Source: Candidatus Poseidoniaceae archaeon
GTDB lineage: Archaea; Thermoplasmatota; Poseidoniia; Poseidoniales; Poseidoniaceae
Reading direction: 5' to 3'
Length of the DNA: 64,000 nt
NCBI GenBank assembly: GCA_964218365.1
Contig: CAXPMI010000041.1
Location: forward strand, 1,825-65,824
Part shown: piece by piece, positions 61,691-64,000 of the stretch
Numbering within the stretch: position 1 is the stretch's first letter
How the letters are laid out: each line of letters starts with the position of its first letter
Notes under the pieces: generated by a model
What the model was told of the DNA's origin: nothing
The model's database searches: none
Seen by the model: the letters and a program-made list of their open reading frames with translations, nothing else
Translations under genes and position numbers: made by a program

Positions 61691-62179
61691 TCAGCCTCCG
61701 ATGATATCTCTCACAAGTTGCAAGTGCCTTTCAAAACTAAGTCCGAGTTCTCCGCGCTTTCTTGCTAGTAGTTCAACCTCTGAAGGGTCGAGTATGTCAT
61801 CAACCCAAACGGTTTCCAAGAGTAATTTGTATGTAGCTTCTGACGGATTAGTTTCCGTTGCTCCGTTTTTCAATTCAGGTACTTTCTCATCAGTGAAGGA
61901 AATTACGGTTTCTTCAACCAAATTTTCATCCTCATCCGCGAAAGAAGACAGAAGATCATCATCCTCCGTAAATGCAGCAAGGGGATCGTCGTCGCCCTCA
62001 AAGATAGAAAGCGCATCATTGCCTCCTTGATAGGATGATTTTGTGCCTATCTCAAGTTCTGCGAAAGGGTCGATTTCTTCTTCATCTTCAGGTGGTAAAT
62101 CAGTTGTCTCAAACGGTAACACATTACTCACTAAAAATAACAATATACTCATAGTTATTGAAACCATGTATTGGTGCAT
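61691..62179 (-). CDS. Signal-anchored acidic protein with four D-x-[LF]-x-x-F motifs and a C-terminal TerB-like module
   Basis: 162 aa. N-terminal SITMSILLFLVSNVL. Motifs DPFAEL, DALSIF, DPLAAF, DLLSSF. C-terminal VWVDDILDPSEVELLARKRGELGLSFER. Confidence 0.45.
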   Translation of the reverse strand: MHQYMVSITMSILLFLVSNVLPFETTDLPPEDEEEIDPFAELEIGTKSSYQGGNDALSIFEGDDDPLAAFTEDDDLLSSFADEDENLVEETVISFTDEKVPELKNGATETNPSEATYKLLLETVWVDDILDPSEVELLARKRGELGLSFERHLQLVRDIIGG

Positions 62180-62261
62180 CGTTATTTTTCAGCATTAATT
62201 GACACAAATTAAAGCCACTAGTTGTAGATTGTATTATTTACAAATTCCACTTAGGACTTTC

Positions 62262-62846
62262 ATGAAAAGATTGCTTGTGCTGCTTCTGTCGCTTGCAATC
62301 ATGATTCAAGTCGAGGCACTCCCCACAGGAATTGGTGATGTTGGCGATAAGGGATGTGTTTGTCATGGTGCATCCTCGGAAGAGACAAATGTGTCTTTGT
62401 CGGGACTACCTGATGTGTATAACTCATCTCAGACTTACAACTTGAGTCTCACAATCGAATCAAGTCTAGAGGCTAATGACCCTCAAGGTGGATTTAGAAT
62501 ATTGATTTCACACGGCGAAATATCAGGCGATGTGCAAGAATTGGAAGGAGGTTATACCCACTCTTCTTCAAACAATAATCAACGTACTTGGGAGTTTAAC
62601 TGGACTGCACCAGAGTCGGATGCAGAACTTGTTACTTTCATCACTTACGGAAATGCTGTAAACGGAAACGGTGCTGCAACTGGAGACGAATGGAACTCAA
62701 ATTCATATGCGATTCCGGGTCCAAATTACAAAGGTGAAATAGTTACTCCAACCACAGAAGACTCTCCTTCCTCTGGACAACTAGCAGTTGGAGTAATCGG
62801 CATAATTGGTGTACTATCCTTAGCAGTAATGGCAATCAAGGACTAG
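62262..62846 (+). CDS. Secreted, C-terminally anchored protein, reeler/DOMON-like pattern
   Basis: Start trimmed to ATG 62262 (MKRLLVLLLSLAIMIQVEA signal). GCVCHG near the mature N-terminus, GGFRILISHG, WTAPESDAELVTF. C-terminal TM LAVGVIGIIGVLSLAVMAI. Confidence 0.4.
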   Translation: MKRLLVLLLSLAIMIQVEALPTGIGDVGDKGCVCHGASSEETNVSLSGLPDVYNSSQTYNLSLTIESSLEANDPQGGFRILISHGEISGDVQELEGGYTHSSSNNNQRTWEFNWTAPESDAELVTFITYGNAVNGNGAATGDEWNSNSYAIPGPNYKGEIVTPTTEDSPSSGQLAVGVIGIIGVLSLAVMAIKD

Positions 62847-63976
62847 TTGACAAATTCGATATTTCTTGATTTTAGAGCACGCAGTTGCCTGTTCTCGCTC
62901 GCTCCGTGAATCTGGTCCGAACGCACACCAGTGAGTACTAACATTACGCGGATGTCCTCGCCTAGGTTTTCGTCAACTGCAGCTCCCCAAATTATTCTGG
63001 CATTTTCACCAACCTTGCTCTGGATTAGTTGGGCGCATTTTTCAGCTTCACCCAATGTCAAACTAGAGCCTCCAACAACGTTGATTAGAGCACCTCTTGC
63101 ATCTGAAACATCTAGATCGAGTAGCGGTGAATGCAATGCTTCCAAAGTAGCAGCTTCTGCTCTTCCAGGGCCACTTGCTGCACCTAGGCCAATCATGGCA
63201 ACTCCTGAACCCGAGTTAATGACGGCCTTCAGATCTTCAAAGTCAAGATTGACCATGCCGTCTGTGGTTAACAACTCAGTAACTCCTGTGATTGCTCTGA
63301 CTAACAATTCGTCTCCAACTCGGAAGGCGCTAGCGATTGGCAGGTCTCTGACTCCTTCGATTTCTAACAATCTTTCATTTGGAATCACTAGAATAGTGTC
63401 ACAGTATTCTCTTAACCTTTCAAGTCCCCATTCTGCATTCTGCTTTCTAAGAGTTCCTTCTGAGTTGAATGGATATGTGACTACAGCAACTGTTAGTGCG
63501 CCCTGTTCCTTGGCAAGTCGGGCGATATGACCTGCTGCTCCGGTACCAGAACCGCCTCCCATACCTGCTGTTATGATTGCCAATTGTGTGTCATCTGTGA
63601 TTTTTCTCAGATTGTTCTCACTCTCTAGAGCAGCCGCTTCACCCTTTGTAGGGTCTCCACCAGCTCCTCTTCCTCTTGCGGTTCTGCCAATCAGAATTTT
63701 ATTCTCAAGGGGACTCATCAACAAAGCCTGTGCATCGGTATTGATTGCATGGCCTGTGACGTAGCGGTTTTCGAATAGCCCTTCCTCGTGGAGGCGACTT
63801 ACTGCGTTACATCCAGCTCCACCCACGCCATATACTCGAATTCTAGGCTGAAGTGACTCAAGAAGGCGCTTAAGTTCAGCGTCATTTGAGTCCATCTCTT
63901 CGACACTAGTTGGTCGAATTGATGGTCCTTCTTCTTCATCGGCAAGCTCGAGTACACGCTCAATGAGGTGTCGCAT
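62843..63976 (-). CDS. ftsZ: Cell division GTPase FtsZ
   Basis: GVGGAGCNAV, tubulin signature GMGGGSGTGAAG, VNLDFEDL (T7 loop). 377 aa. Confidence 0.95.
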   Translation of the reverse strand: MRHLIERVLELADEEEGPSIRPTSVEEMDSNDAELKRLLESLQPRIRVYGVGGAGCNAVSRLHEEGLFENRYVTGHAINTDAQALLMSPLENKILIGRTARGRGAGGDPTKGEAAALESENNLRKITDDTQLAIITAGMGGGSGTGAAGHIARLAKEQGALTVAVVTYPFNSEGTLRKQNAEWGLERLREYCDTILVIPNERLLEIEGVRDLPIASAFRVGDELLVRAITGVTELLTTDGMVNLDFEDLKAVINSGSGVAMIGLGAASGPGRAEAATLEALHSPLLDLDVSDARGALINVVGGSSLTLGEAEKCAQLIQSKVGENARIIWGAAVDENLGEDIRVMLVLTGVRSDQIHGASENRQLRALKSRNIEFVN

Positions 63977-64000
63977 GGCGCATCATCCTATTTGCACCTA

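Noticed and set aside
61850-62080. Reading DPF / DxxLL-type peptides (also FLDDLL at 32651-32670) as eukaryote-like adaptor-binding sorting signals
   Set aside because: Short acidic-hydrophobic motifs arise easily in acidic low-complexity regions. No adaptor or clathrin-like machinery is evident, so this is kept only as generic docking motifs.
62330-62360. GCVCHG as a c-type haem attachment site
   Set aside because: c-type attachment needs CxxCH (or CxxxCH/CxxxxCH). This is C-x-C-H, so haem c attachment is not supported. Kept only as a possible metal/ligand site.
62931-63530. 199-aa plus-strand ORF opposite ftsZ
   Set aside because: Antisense to the tubulin-signature region of a certain FtsZ gene. 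Shadow ORF.
1-64000. Search for tRNA, rRNA, CRISPR arrays, transposases/integrases, prophage or toxin-antitoxin pairs
   Set aside because: Every spacer is 200 nt or shorter and none folds by eye into a cloverleaf. I saw no repeat-spacer periodicity, no recombinase motifs and no small paired ORFs. An exhaustive scan (tRNAscan/Infernal) was not possible here.

Overview
Gene-dense window with coding on both strands, mid-40s % GC by eye. There are no rRNA or tRNA genes, CRISPR arrays, transposases or integrases that I can support. The backbone is archaeal: a 5'-truncated MCM helicase, GatE, Pth2, a RaSEA-like radical SAM protein and FtsZ. This is mixed with many bacterial-looking genes: AddAB-like helicase-nuclease, MaeB, RlmH, LtaE, proline iminopeptidase, MMPL and MFS exporters, ICD and OsmC. 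That mix, plus a 2774-aa surface protein, suggests a planktonic euryarchaeote such as Marine Group II/III; this is inference only. Translation signals are consistent: AGGTG/GGTGA Shine-Dalgarno-like boxes sit 6-10 nt upstream of many starts, and three TGATG stop-start overlaps occur at 3564-3568, 11974-11978 and 20296-20300. The supplied ORF track counts TTG/GTG as Met, so I trimmed several N-terminal extensions to the SD-supported ATG. Most notable: (1) a translationally coupled AddB-like/AddA-like pair (8.4 kb), with an AddB-type C..CxxCx5C iron-staple nuclease and a second Cys-decorated nuclease on the helicase subunit, unexpected in an archaeal context. (2) A secreted propeller-DUF4430 fusion next to an S-component-like membrane protein, a possible cobalamin-capture module. 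(3) A polytopic membrane protein ending in two canonical EF-hands plus a SAP/Rho_N-like helix pair. (4) A 1125-aa helical-repeat protein ending in a PIN domain. (5) A lone DUF2130-like PD-(D/E)XK protein. (6) A two-gene cassette sharing a TerB-like module. (7) A 24-codon relic of an SMR transporter. (8) A 6-bp-stem/3-nt-loop GC hairpin motif recurring just upstream of two starts. All family assignments come from motif recognition by eye; none was checked by search.
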